Assembly (NCBI GenBank): GCA_938015525.1
Contig: CALLPC010000025.1
Span: 28,340 to 92,339, forward strand
Length of the DNA stretch: 64,000 bases
Origin: an uncultured Dehalococcoidia bacterium
GTDB taxonomy: Bacteria > Chloroflexota > Dehalococcoidia > Tepidiformales > Tepidiformaceae
Direction: 5' to 3'
Below are positions 34,154 through 43,134 of the stretch, in pieces. The notes beneath the pieces are model-generated. The model saw only the letters and a list, made by a program, of their open reading frames with translations. It had not been told where the DNA came from and searched no databases. How positions within the stretch are numbered: the stretch's first letter is position 1; each line of letters begins with the position of its first letter. A program made the translations under genes and the position numbers.

Positions 34154-35398
34154 ATGCCCGGACCGCTCGCCGTCTACGTCCACATCCCCTTCTGCACCAT
34201 CAAGTGCGGCTACTGCGACTTCAACGCCTACGCCGGCCTCGATGCCCTCAAGGACGCCTACGCCCGGGCCCTCCTCCGCGAAGCCGAAGCCGCAGCACCG
34301 CTCCTCGCCGGCCGTACCATCTCCTCCGTCGGCTTCGGCGGCGGCACCCCGGGCGAATTCCCTGCCCGTCACATCGCCGCACTGCTCGACCTCCTCCGCT
34401 CCCTCGCACCCTTCGAACCCCGCGCCGAGGTCACCCTCGAAGTCAACCCCGGGACCTCGTCGCCGCCCTACCTCCGCGACCTCCGCGCCGCCGGCGTCAC
34501 CCGCCTCTCCGTCGGCGCCCAGTCCTTCCATCCCGCCGAGCTGGCCTTCCTCGACCGTATCCACTCCCCCGAAGCCACCGCCGCCGCCGTCGCCGCTGCC
34601 CGGGATGCCGGCTTCGAATCCTTGAACCTCGACCTCATCTACGGGCTCCCCGGCCAGTCCCTCGAGGCGTGGCTCGCCAGCCTCGACGCCGCACTCCGCC
34701 TCCAGGCCGACCACCTCTCCTGCTATGCCCTCACAGTCGAAGAAGGCACCCCGCTCGCACGCCGCATCGCCCGCGGCCAGCTCCGGCTCCCCGACTCCGA
34801 CCTCGCCGCCGATATGTACGACGCCGCCTCCGACCTCCTCGCCGCCGCCGGCTACCGCCAGTACGAGCTCTCCAACTGGGCCCGCCCCGGGCATGAATCG
34901 CGACATAACATCGCCTACTGGACCGACCGCGATTACCTCGCGCTCGGCGCCGGCGCCCACGGCTACCTCGGCGGGGAGCGGTACGAAAACATCGCCCACC
35001 CCCGCGACTACATCGCCGCCGTCGAAGCAGCACCGCCCGGCCAGCCCCGCCCCGCCCTCGCCCGTATCACCACGCCGCCGCCCCCGGCACAGGCCGCAGA
35101 CTGGCTCGCCCTCCGCCTCCGCCTGCTCGAAGGCTTCTCCCCGGCCGAGTTCGAACGTCGCTGGTCAGAACCGCTCCATGAAGCCGTCGGCTCCGTGCTC
35201 CGCGAAGCTGCCCGCGCCGGCCTCCTCGAACTCACGCCCCGCGTTCGTCTGACCCATCGCGGCCGCCTGCTGCACGGCGAAATCGCGGCCCGCCTGCTCG
35301 CCTGCCTCGAAGAAACCGCCCCGCGCCTGCCGGGGCTCGCCGCCCGTGCCGCACCCGTCCCCCCGGGACATCCAGGCCCGTTGTCCCCGTCCGGTTAG
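34154..35398 (+). CDS. hemW: radical SAM heme chaperone HemW (HemN-like, oxygen-independent coproporphyrinogen oxidase family)
   Basis: YVHIPFCTIKCGYCDFNAY (CxxxCxxC) plus the HemN C-terminal domain. Confidence 0.85.
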   Translation: MPGPLAVYVHIPFCTIKCGYCDFNAYAGLDALKDAYARALLREAEAAAPLLAGRTISSVGFGGGTPGEFPARHIAALLDLLRSLAPFEPRAEVTLEVNPGTSSPPYLRDLRAAGVTRLSVGAQSFHPAELAFLDRIHSPEATAAAVAAARDAGFESLNLDLIYGLPGQSLEAWLASLDAALRLQADHLSCYALTVEEGTPLARRIARGQLRLPDSDLAADMYDAASDLLAAAGYRQYELSNWARPGHESRHNIAYWTDRDYLALGAGAHGYLGGERYENIAHPRDYIAAVEAAPPGQPRPALARITTPPPPAQAADWLALRLRLLEGFSPAEFERRWSEPLHEAVGSVLREAARAGLLELTPRVRLTHRGRLLHGEIAARLLACLEETAPRLPGLAARAAPVPPGHPGPLSPSG

Positions 35399-35405
35399 CC
35401 CCGGC

Positions 35406-36380
35406 TCAGGCCGCCTCGGCCGCCGCGAGCTCGCCCTGCCCGCGAATCTTGCGCCAAAACCGCGCCAGGTCCCGGTTCTCCCACGCAACCAGCACCTGCG
35501 AGGCTACGCCGATACTCGAGTACGTCCCCGCCACGATGCCCACCAGCAGCACGAGCAGGAAGTTCCGGATCGTCTCCCCGCCGATGAGCAGCATCGCCAC
35601 GATCGTCAGCACCACCACCAGCGACGTGTTGATCGACCGCGCCAGCGTCTCCGTCAGGCTCGCATTCACCGCCTCCTCGAACGGCACATACGGGTCCTGC
35701 GTCACCACCTCCCGGATACGGTCGAAGACCACGATCGTGTCGTGCACCGAAAACCCGATGACCGTCAGGATTGCGGTGATGAACGCCGTGTCCACCTCCA
35801 CCCCGCGGAACTCGCCGAGCACGGCAAACAGCCCCATCACGATCACAGCATCGTGCACCAGCGCAAACACCGCGCACGCGCCGTACCGCCACGGCTTCGG
35901 CAGCTGCCGGAACGCCAGCCAGATGTAGACGAGAATCGCCACTGCCGCCGCCAGCACCGCAAGCGTCGCGTACCGCGCAATCTCTGCCGAGACAGACCCC
36001 GAGACCGTCGCAAAATCCTTCCGCTGCAGCGCGCCGAACCGCTCCTGCAGCCCTCGCTCGATGTCATCGATCTCGCCCGGGGGCACCGGCCCGGCCCCGG
36101 ACGTAAGGCTCGGAGCATTCTCCAGCTCGCTCGTCCGCACGATGTACGTGTTCTCTCCCGAGGCCTGGACCCGCGCCTCCGGGTGCCCCAGCTCCCGCAT
36201 CGCCTGCCGCAGCTCCGCCTGGGAAACCGGCCGTTCGAGGAACTGGACGGTGAACGTCGAACCCGATGTGAACTCGATCCCGGGCTTCAGGCCCCAAATC
36301 GCGAGCGCCGCAAGCGCGGCCGCGAAAAACACGCCCGAGAACCCCAGGTACCACCAGCGCTTGCCCGCGAAGTCCAGCAT
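35406..36380 (-). CDS. secF: protein translocase subunit SecF
   Basis: GIEFTSGSTF, the six-TM SecF pattern and a position immediately downstream of secD. Confidence 0.9.
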   Translation of the reverse strand: MLDFAGKRWWYLGFSGVFFAAALAALAIWGLKPGIEFTSGSTFTVQFLERPVSQAELRQAMRELGHPEARVQASGENTYIVRTSELENAPSLTSGAGPVPPGEIDDIERGLQERFGALQRKDFATVSGSVSAEIARYATLAVLAAAVAILVYIWLAFRQLPKPWRYGACAVFALVHDAVIVMGLFAVLGEFRGVEVDTAFITAILTVIGFSVHDTIVVFDRIREVVTQDPYVPFEEAVNASLTETLARSINTSLVVVLTIVAMLLIGGETIRNFLLVLLVGIVAGTYSSIGVASQVLVAWENRDLARFWRKIRGQGELAAAEAA

Positions 36381-36385
36381 CGGCC

Positions 36386-37789
36386 CTACTCCCCCGCCGC
36401 CTCGGCCATCCGCCGCCGCGGCCGTTCCTGCACCGGCCGTTCCGATGCGTTGAACAGGAAGGCGCTCTTCGCCATCGGCGTCCCAAGGACCATCTTCAGG
36501 AACGTCCGCGTCACCGTGATCGCGGAGAACATGCTTACCAGCACGCCGATCGCCAGCGTCAGCGCAAACCCTTTCACCAGCGCCGCCCCGAACTGGTCCC
36601 CGAACCAGTACAGGATGACGCAGGTGATCAGCGTCGAAACGTTCGAATCACGGATCGACAGCCATGCCCGCCGAAACCCGATGTCGATCGCCGCATTCAG
36701 CGTCCGCCCTCGCCGCAGCTCCTCCTTCAGCCGCTCGAAAATCAGCACATTGGCGTCCACCGCCATGCCAACCGAAAGCACGAACGCCGCGATCCCCGAG
36801 AGCGTCAGCGTCACCGGCACCAGCTTGAAAATCATCAGGACGACCGACGTGTACACCACCAGCGCCGCCGCCGCCAGCACCCCGGGCAGCCGGTAGTACA
36901 GGACCATGAAGATCATCACCGCCGCCATCCCCACCAGCCCCGCCTTCACTGAGGCCAGCACCGAATCTTCGCCCAGCGTCGCGCTCACTTCGCTCGCCTG
37001 CACCGTCCGCAGCGGAATCGGCAGCGCGCCCGAGTTGAGCTGCTTCGATAGCGTGTTCGCCGCGCTGAACGTCGGCTGGCCCGTGATCTGCCCCGCATCC
37101 CGGATCACCGCCTGCACCTCCGCCTCGCTCAGCACCTGCCCGTCCAGCCGCACCACCAGCAGCCGCCGTGGGTCCCCCGGCGGGTACTGCAGCGCCCGGG
37201 TCGTAATCTGCTCCATGAGCTGAGCGCCCACGCCCGTCGTCTCGAAGTTCACCGCAAACGTCGTTCCCAGCCGCGACGGATAGGTGTTGTTCTTCAGATA
37301 AGCGCCCGTCATCTGCAGCGTCTGCCCGTTGACCACGCCGGTCGCCGGGACGAGGTTGTACTGGTCGTCGTACACCATGAACTCGAGCGCCGCCGTCTTC
37401 CCGATGAGGTTCTGTGCCTCCGTCAGCGAAATGCCGGGCACCTGTACGCTCAGCCGATTCCCGCTCGCCCGCGTAATCTCCGCTTCGCTCACACCGAACG
37501 CGTTGACCCGGCGCTCCACCACCTGCTTCGCGCTCTCCAGCGCCTGGTCCAGGTCCCCCTGGTAGTCCGGTGGCGGGTCTGCTTCGAGCACGAGGTAGGC
37601 GCCCCCGCGCAGGTCGAGCCCCAGCCGCATCGTCTCCCGCTCCCAGTCCCCAATCTTGATCCCCCGTCCCGAGGGCCAAAAGTCTCCCGGCAGATAGCGC
37701 GAAGGCGTGCTCGGCCAGACCACGATGATGCTGAACGTCGTCAGCGCCACCACGAACAGGAACAGCAGTACCGTCGAAAGACTACGCAC
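36386..37789 (-). CDS. secD: protein translocase subunit SecD
   Basis: LGLDLRGGAYLVLEA and a C-terminal RND-like TM bundle (TLSGIAAFVLSVGMAVDANVLIFERLKEE). Confidence 0.9.
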   Translation of the reverse strand: MRSLSTVLLFLFVVALTTFSIIVVWPSTPSRYLPGDFWPSGRGIKIGDWERETMRLGLDLRGGAYLVLEADPPPDYQGDLDQALESAKQVVERRVNAFGVSEAEITRASGNRLSVQVPGISLTEAQNLIGKTAALEFMVYDDQYNLVPATGVVNGQTLQMTGAYLKNNTYPSRLGTTFAVNFETTGVGAQLMEQITTRALQYPPGDPRRLLVVRLDGQVLSEAEVQAVIRDAGQITGQPTFSAANTLSKQLNSGALPIPLRTVQASEVSATLGEDSVLASVKAGLVGMAAVMIFMVLYYRLPGVLAAAALVVYTSVVLMIFKLVPVTLTLSGIAAFVLSVGMAVDANVLIFERLKEELRRGRTLNAAIDIGFRRAWLSIRDSNVSTLITCVILYWFGDQFGAALVKGFALTLAIGVLVSMFSAITVTRTFLKMVLGTPMAKSAFLFNASERPVQERPRRRMAEAAGE

Positions 37790-38126
37790 CAGAGTGTGTC
37801 ACCTCGCCCTGCGGCCCCTCGGCCGCCGGCTGCGATTCGCTCGTCTCCAGCGTGCTCAGCCGCCGCGCAATCGCGTCCGTGACCGCACGCACCCGCACCC
37901 CCGGCGCAATCTCGAGGATGATCTCCGTCGGACCCTCCGGCGGCACCACCACGTCCTTCACCTCCCCAATCAGCCCCCCGGTCGTAATGACCTCATCACC
38001 GACCCTCAGCTGCTGCACCGCCTTCCGCTGCTCCCGCTTCTCCTTCAGCACCGGCTGCAGCAGGATGAAATAAAACGCGGCAACCGCCAGCCCGGTATAG
38101 AAAATCACGCTCCACATTGCGGCCAT
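37782..38126 (-). CDS. yajC: preprotein translocase subunit YajC
   Basis: A single TM is followed by LRVGDEVITTGGLIGEV, the YajC signature. SD GGAGGAG lies 8 nt upstream. Confidence 0.85.
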   Translation of the reverse strand: MAAMWSVIFYTGLAVAAFYFILLQPVLKEKREQRKAVQQLRVGDEVITTGGLIGEVKDVVVPPEGPTEIILEIAPGVRVRAVTDAIARRLSTLETSESQPAAEGPQGEVTHSGA

Positions 38127-38159
38127 TGCGGAAACTCCTCCCGGGCAGCCCCGGCCCTC

Positions 38160-39041
38160 CTAGTCGTTCACCCCGGGGCGCCCCAGCACGTCCCGCGCCA
38201 GTGCGAGAGCCTCCTCCCGCGTCCGGACGTGCCCTTCGAGCTGGGCGTGGCGAACCGATGTTAGGGCAGCCCCTACCAAGCGTCCACCGGAAACTCCCAG
38301 CTCACGGATGAGGTCATCCCCCGTCACCAGCGGCGCCGGCACGTCGTCCTCCGAAGCCGCCCACGCCCGCGCCAGCACGTAATGCACGAACCCGCAATGC
38401 CGCCGGAAGTGCTCCCGCGTGTACCGTGGCCCCCGGGTCGCCCACCCGTCCGCGAGGTTCACGACCATCAGCGCAAGGACCTCGCCGTCCAGGTCTCGGG
38501 CGAACCGCCGCACCGCCCGGTCCGTCGCCGGCCAGTTCCGTACCAGTTCCTGCGGCCGCAGGTGGTACCGGATCAGCCGCGTCACCAGCCTCGCTGCCTC
38601 ATCCCCAAGCCCGAGCTCCGCCAGCCGGCCGCCCATCAGCTCCGCGCCCGCCGGGCCGTGCCGGGGAAATCGCAGCCGCCCATCCACCATCGTCGCCGTT
38701 ACCGGCTTCGCGACGTCATGCAGCAGCGCGCCGAGCCGCACCAGCGCCGGCAGCGGCTCACCGCCGACCTCCCGGTCCAGCCACTGGTCCAGGTCCGCCC
38801 ACCCGACTGCCTCCCGAAACTCCCGGCCTGCCTGCCCGTCCCCAAACACCGCGTCCACCGCCTCCACCGCAGCGAAGCTGTGCCCCAGCACGTCGTAGGC
38901 GTGCAGCTCCGGTTGCGCGAATCCGCGCCCCGCCTCCAGCTCCGGGAGCGCCGCCGTCAGCAGCCCCTCCGCATCCAGGCCTCGCAGCCGCACCCCAGCG
39001 TCCGGCGCCGAAAACACCTCCCGCAGCCCGGACCAGTCCAT
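38160..39041 (-). CDS. HD-domain protein resembling the C-terminal half of CCA-adding / poly(A) polymerase-family enzymes (no nucleotidyltransferase head)
   Basis: LLHDVAKP and RYHLRP helices are typical of the HD/tRNA-NT C-terminal region. The start was set at the ATG at 39041 (TAGGCT lies 6 nt upstream); the ORF track starts at a GTG at 39047. Confidence 0.6.
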   Translation of the reverse strand: MDWSGLREVFSAPDAGVRLRGLDAEGLLTAALPELEAGRGFAQPELHAYDVLGHSFAAVEAVDAVFGDGQAGREFREAVGWADLDQWLDREVGGEPLPALVRLGALLHDVAKPVTATMVDGRLRFPRHGPAGAELMGGRLAELGLGDEAARLVTRLIRYHLRPQELVRNWPATDRAVRRFARDLDGEVLALMVVNLADGWATRGPRYTREHFRRHCGFVHYVLARAWAASEDDVPAPLVTGDDLIRELGVSGGRLVGAALTSVRHAQLEGHVRTREEALALARDVLGRPGVND

Positions 39042-39047
39042 GCCCAC

Positions 39048-39053
39048 AGCCTA
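39048..39053 (-). promoter_or_regulatory. -10-like hexamer TAGGCT, 6 nt upstream of ATG 39041 (leaderless-type)
   Basis: The reverse complement of agccta (39048-39053) is TAGGCT. It is followed by gtgggc and then ATG. Confidence 0.35.
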
Positions 39054-39105
39054 CGCCATCCGCCGCTTCCGCCGACGTCGGCTCGCCCGCTCGAGCACAG
39101 GTGCC

Positions 39106-39111
39106 TACGAT
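39106..39111 (+). promoter_or_regulatory. -10-like hexamer TACGAT, 6 nt upstream of GTG 39118 (leaderless-type)
   Basis: TACGAT-gcttac-GTG read from the sequence. Confidence 0.4.
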
Positions 39112-39117
39112 GCTTAC

Positions 39118-40344
39118 GTGAACGGAAACGTCACCCCTGCCCCATTCCGCATCCGGTCGCTCACCGTCTCCGTCTACCTCCCCACCTTCCTCTTCGCCGT
39201 CGGGCAGGGCGCGGTTATCCCCGTCATGCCCCTCTACGCCATCGAAATCGGCGCCTCGCCCGCCTTCGCCGGCTTCCTCGTCGCACTGCGTGGCATCGGC
39301 ACCATGGCCTTCGATATCCCCGCCGGCATCATGGTCTCCCGCCTCGGCGAGCGGTGGACCATGCTCACAGCGACGGTGGTCCTCTTCGTCGTCGCCATCG
39401 GCATCGCCCTCGCGCCCCGCCCCCTCATCCTTGCCCCGCTCGTCTTCGCCATGGGCTGTACCTGGGCCATCTGGATGCTCGCCCGCCTCTCTTACGCCAC
39501 CGACATCTCGCCCCTCGACCAGCGCGGCCGCGTCCTCTCCCTCATCGGCGGCTCCAACCGCATTGGCAACTTTGCGGGCCCCTTCATCGGCGCTGCCCTC
39601 GCGGCCTTCATCGGCACCGACGCGGCGTTTTACCTCCAGGCCATCCTCGCCCTCGCGGCCGCGCTCATCATCTTTGCCGTCGTGCGCGAAACCACGCCCT
39701 CCCCGGAACCCGGGCACGCCGCCCACCCCGTCCTCGGCGTCCTCAAAGAACACGCCGGCATCTACGCCACGGCCGGCCTCGCCTCCCTCGCCATCCAGGT
39801 CCTCCGCTCCAGCCGCCAGGCCGTCATCCCGCTCTGGGGCGACCGCATCGGCCTCGATGCTGCCCAGGTCTCCATCATCTTCGGCCTCTCCTCGGCGCTC
39901 GATATGACGCTCTTCTACCCCGTCGGCATCGTCATGGACCGCTGGGGACGGAAGTTCGCCGGCGTCCCCTGCCTGCTCTTCATGGCCCTCGGTATGCTCC
40001 TCGTGCCGCTCGCGGGCTCCTACGGCACCCTCCTCCTCGCGAGTCTGCTCGTCTCCTTCGGCAACGGCCTCGGCAGCGGCATCAACATGACCCTCGGCTC
40101 CGATTTCTCCCCGGCCGACGGCAGGGGAGAATTCCTCGGCGTTTGGCGCCTGGTCACCGACCTCGGCACCGCCGGCGGGCCCCTTCTCGTCAGCGCCATC
40201 ATCGGCCTCGGCTCGCTCGCCGCGGCTTCCGTCGTCACCGGCGGCATCGGGCTGGCCGGCGCCGCCATCCTCGCCTTCCTCGTCCCCGAACCCCTCCGCC
40301 GCCGGGCCGCTCCCACGGAGCCCGGCCCGGTAACCGCCGCCTGA
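39118..40344 (+). CDS. MFS transporter
   Basis: About 12 TM segments with an MFS-like loop (GIMVSRLGERWTM). The start was trimmed to the GTG at 39118; the ORF track start at 39040 overlaps the divergent HD gene. Confidence 0.8.
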   Translation: MNGNVTPAPFRIRSLTVSVYLPTFLFAVGQGAVIPVMPLYAIEIGASPAFAGFLVALRGIGTMAFDIPAGIMVSRLGERWTMLTATVVLFVVAIGIALAPRPLILAPLVFAMGCTWAIWMLARLSYATDISPLDQRGRVLSLIGGSNRIGNFAGPFIGAALAAFIGTDAAFYLQAILALAAALIIFAVVRETTPSPEPGHAAHPVLGVLKEHAGIYATAGLASLAIQVLRSSRQAVIPLWGDRIGLDAAQVSIIFGLSSALDMTLFYPVGIVMDRWGRKFAGVPCLLFMALGMLLVPLAGSYGTLLLASLLVSFGNGLGSGINMTLGSDFSPADGRGEFLGVWRLVTDLGTAGGPLLVSAIIGLGSLAAASVVTGGIGLAGAAILAFLVPEPLRRRAAPTEPGPVTAA

Positions 40345-40347
40345 ACC

Positions 40348-41547
40348 CTAAAGAATCGCCCCTTGCTCCTTTAGCTCCGCAATCCGCTCCCAGTCGAACC
40401 CGAGCTCCAGCAGCACCTCCTCCGTGTGCTGGCCCAGCTCCGGCGCCCAGCCCCCCGGCTGCGCCGGCGTGCCGAAGAAATCCGCCGGCGTATTCACCTG
40501 CTCCACCGGTCCGTCGGGCGACTCCAGCTCCACGAACGCCCCCGCAGCCCGCACGACCGGGTCCTGCACCACCTCCGCCACGCCCAGGATAGGCGCCCAC
40601 CAGACATCGTTCGCGTCGAAAATCGGCCCCCACTCCGCCAGCGGCTTCGTCGCAAAGATGCGGTCCAGCACCTCCACCAGCTCCGGCGCGTGGTCCCGCC
40701 GCCCGGGAATGTCCGCGAACCGCGGGTCCCCCGTCAGCTCCGGCGGGTTCCCCAGCGCCCGCAGCAGGTCGGGCCAGTGCCGGTCCCCCTGCAGCAGCAG
40801 CAGGTAGAACCACCGCCCCTCCGCGTCCCGGTACGGGTTGATCAGCGGGTTCGGCGCATGCCGCCGGTCGTGCGGCGGCGTCGGCGGGAGCTTCGCCCGC
40901 AGCTGCGTGTTCGTATCCCACCCCATCATGTACACGCCGACCCGCGTCAGCGAAACGCTCACCCGCTGCCCCTTCCCCGTCCGCGTCCGCGCATACAGCG
41001 CCGCCGCCACCGCACCCGCCGCGTTCGCACCTGTCATGTGGTCGCCCATCCCGCCCCGCTGCAGCGGCGGCTCCGCGCCCGCCGGCGTCAGCCCCGCCAC
41101 CACCCCCGCCCGCGACCAGAACGCCCCCACGTCGTACGCCGCCCGGTTCGCCTCCGGCGAATCCGGCCCGTACCCCGTGACCTGGCAGTAGACCAGCCCC
41201 GGGTTCCGCGCCGCCAGTCGTTCATAGTCCATCCCCAGCCGCTCCAGCGCCCGCGGCCGCATATTCGTCACGAAAACGTCAGCCCGCTCGATAATCGCCT
41301 CCGCAATCGCCCGCCCCTCCGCCGTCTCGAGATTCACCGCCACACTCCGCTTCCCCCGGTTGTCCAGCTCGAATGGCGGGTTCATCACCGCCCCGAACGC
41401 CGCCCCGAGCCCCCGGAACGGGTCGCCCTCCGGGGGCTCCAGCTTCACCACATCCGCGCCCCAGTCCGCCAGGATCGCGGCGCACGACGGCCCCGCCACC
41501 CAGACCCCCATCTCCACGACCCGGATGCCCTCCAGCGGACCTGCCAT
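40348..41547 (-). CDS. CoA-transferase family III (second copy)
   Basis: MAGPLEGIRVVEMGVWVAGPSCAAILADWGADVVKLEPP. The ATG at 41547 is preceded by SD GAGGGAG. Confidence 0.9.
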   Translation of the reverse strand: MAGPLEGIRVVEMGVWVAGPSCAAILADWGADVVKLEPPEGDPFRGLGAAFGAVMNPPFELDNRGKRSVAVNLETAEGRAIAEAIIERADVFVTNMRPRALERLGMDYERLAARNPGLVYCQVTGYGPDSPEANRAAYDVGAFWSRAGVVAGLTPAGAEPPLQRGGMGDHMTGANAAGAVAAALYARTRTGKGQRVSVSLTRVGVYMMGWDTNTQLRAKLPPTPPHDRRHAPNPLINPYRDAEGRWFYLLLLQGDRHWPDLLRALGNPPELTGDPRFADIPGRRDHAPELVEVLDRIFATKPLAEWGPIFDANDVWWAPILGVAEVVQDPVVRAAGAFVELESPDGPVEQVNTPADFFGTPAQPGGWAPELGQHTEEVLLELGFDWERIAELKEQGAIL

Positions 41548-41635
41548 CGCGCGCTCCCTCACTGCGCAGTTTCGCGGCGCGGATCATACCAGCCGTCGGC
41601 CATCCCGCCCTCCGCTCCCGCGGCACCGGCCTCCC

Positions 41636-42364
41636 CTACAGCGCCGCGTTCGTCAGCGCCGAGCAGGCGCTGGCCAGCAGAATCACGAACACCAGCGCCC
41701 GGAACCGCCGCTCATCGAAGCGCCGGAACAGCCGGTTCCCGGCCAGCCGCCCGACCTGGCTCGCCGGGAACGCCGCCGCCGCCAGCACCGCCGCCCTCCC
41801 AGTGAGCGCCCCCGAGGCGAGCAGCATCGCTGCTGCCCCGCCCGACGTCGCTAGGAAGTACACCGTCGTCGTCCCCCGGAAGGCCAGCGGGCCCAGCCGC
41901 CGCCCCTGCAGATAGAGCACCACCGGTGGCCCCGACATGCTTGTCGAGGTGTTCAAAATCCCGCTGGCGAAGCCCGTGCCCAGGTCCCACCCCGCCCCCC
42001 TTCCTCGCAGCTGCCACCCCCGCGCCAGCACCCCCGTGAACACCAGCACGCACACCGCCATCCCCGCCTGCAGCGCCCGCGGCTCCGCTGCCAGCAGGAC
42101 CGCCAGCCCGAGCGGCATCCCCGCGTAACACCCCGCAACCATCCGCGCCGTCATCCCCCGCTCCGCTGCCCGCCCCACCGTCCGCAGCTGCGTCAGGTTC
42201 ACCGCCGTCCCGAGCAGGTTCGCCAGCGCCACCGTCTCCTTCGGCCCCACCACCATCGCCAGGAACGGCACGATGAACAGCGAAAACCCGAACCCCGAAA
42301 GCGCCTGGATGAGCGACGCCACCGCGGCCAGCCCCATCACGATGCCCACCGTCACCGGGTCCAT
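41636..42364 (-). CDS. TSUP (TauE/SafE) family anion exporter
   Basis: LIQALSGFGFSLFIVPFL and a repeated 4-TM architecture. 242 aa. Confidence 0.8.
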   Translation of the reverse strand: MDPVTVGIVMGLAAVASLIQALSGFGFSLFIVPFLAMVVGPKETVALANLLGTAVNLTQLRTVGRAAERGMTARMVAGCYAGMPLGLAVLLAAEPRALQAGMAVCVLVFTGVLARGWQLRGRGAGWDLGTGFASGILNTSTSMSGPPVVLYLQGRRLGPLAFRGTTTVYFLATSGGAAAMLLASGALTGRAAVLAAAAFPASQVGRLAGNRLFRRFDERRFRALVFVILLASACSALTNAAL

Positions 42365-42421
42365 CGCCCCCTTATCGCACGCTCAGCCACTCCGGCCAAC
42401 GCGCGCCGCGCCCCGCCGCGT

Positions 42422-42427
42422 TACCCT
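42422..42427 (+). promoter_or_regulatory. -10-like hexamer TACCCT, 6 nt upstream of ATG 42434 (leaderless-type)
   Basis: TACCCT-acgtgc-ATG read from the sequence. Confidence 0.35.
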
Positions 42428-42433
42428 ACGTGC

Positions 42434-43129
42434 ATGGAAGTTGCCAACGAACTCATGGTCCGCGGCATCGTCGTCGGCGTGTTCCAGGAAAACTGCTGGG
42501 TCATCGGGAACCGCCGCACCGGCGAAGCCATCTGCATCGACCCCGGCGACGAGCCCGAGGAGATTCTCGCCCTCGCCCGCGATATGGGCGTCACCATCAA
42601 ATTCATCGCCAATTCCCACGCCCATATCGACCACGTCATGGGCGTCGCCGGCGTCCACGCCGCCACCGGCGCGAAGTTCCTCCTCCACCAGGCCGACCTC
42701 GACCTCCTCCGCCACGGCTGGAAATCCATCGCAGCCCGCTTCGGCATCCCCATCGAAAAAGGCCCCCCCGACCCCGACGCCTTCGTCACCCACGGCGATG
42801 TCGTCGAAGTCGCCGGGCTCCGCCTCCATACCATCGCCACCCCCGGCCACACCCCCGGTTCCGTCTCCTACTACGCCGAAGAAGGCATGCTCTTCAGCGG
42901 CGATACCCTCTTCCGCTCCTCCATCGGCCGCACCGACCTCCCCGGCGGCAATTTCGAACAGGAGATGCGCTCCATCTGCGAACGCCTCCTCGTCCTGCCC
43001 GACGATACCATCGTCCTCCCCGGCCACATGCAGGAGACCACCATCGGCTTCGAAAAACGGCACAACCCCTTCGTCCTCGAATGGCTCCGCCGCGGCCAGG
43101 ACCCGGCCGGGACCTGGCCCCGGCAGTAA
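42434..43129 (+). CDS. MBL-fold hydrolase, hydroxyacylglutathione-hydrolase (GloB)-like
   Basis: NSHAHIDHVMG (HxHxDH), TPGHTPGS and a size of 231 aa. Confidence 0.8.
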   Translation: MEVANELMVRGIVVGVFQENCWVIGNRRTGEAICIDPGDEPEEILALARDMGVTIKFIANSHAHIDHVMGVAGVHAATGAKFLLHQADLDLLRHGWKSIAARFGIPIEKGPPDPDAFVTHGDVVEVAGLRLHTIATPGHTPGSVSYYAEEGMLFSGDTLFRSSIGRTDLPGGNFEQEMRSICERLLVLPDDTIVLPGHMQETTIGFEKRHNPFVLEWLRRGQDPAGTWPRQ

Positions 43130-43134
43130 GCCTC

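Noticed and set aside
38382-40592. Very long + strand Arg/Pro/His-rich ORFs: 38382-40592, 58970-61618, 54754-56922, 35346-36896, 8178-9551, 6361-7593 and 40426-41805.
   Set aside because: They are frame-shifted or antisense readings of real genes (HD/MFS, leuC plus the 948-aa gene, leuB, secF/secD, CoA-transferase, ABC1). The extreme R/P/H content shows no protein-like pattern.
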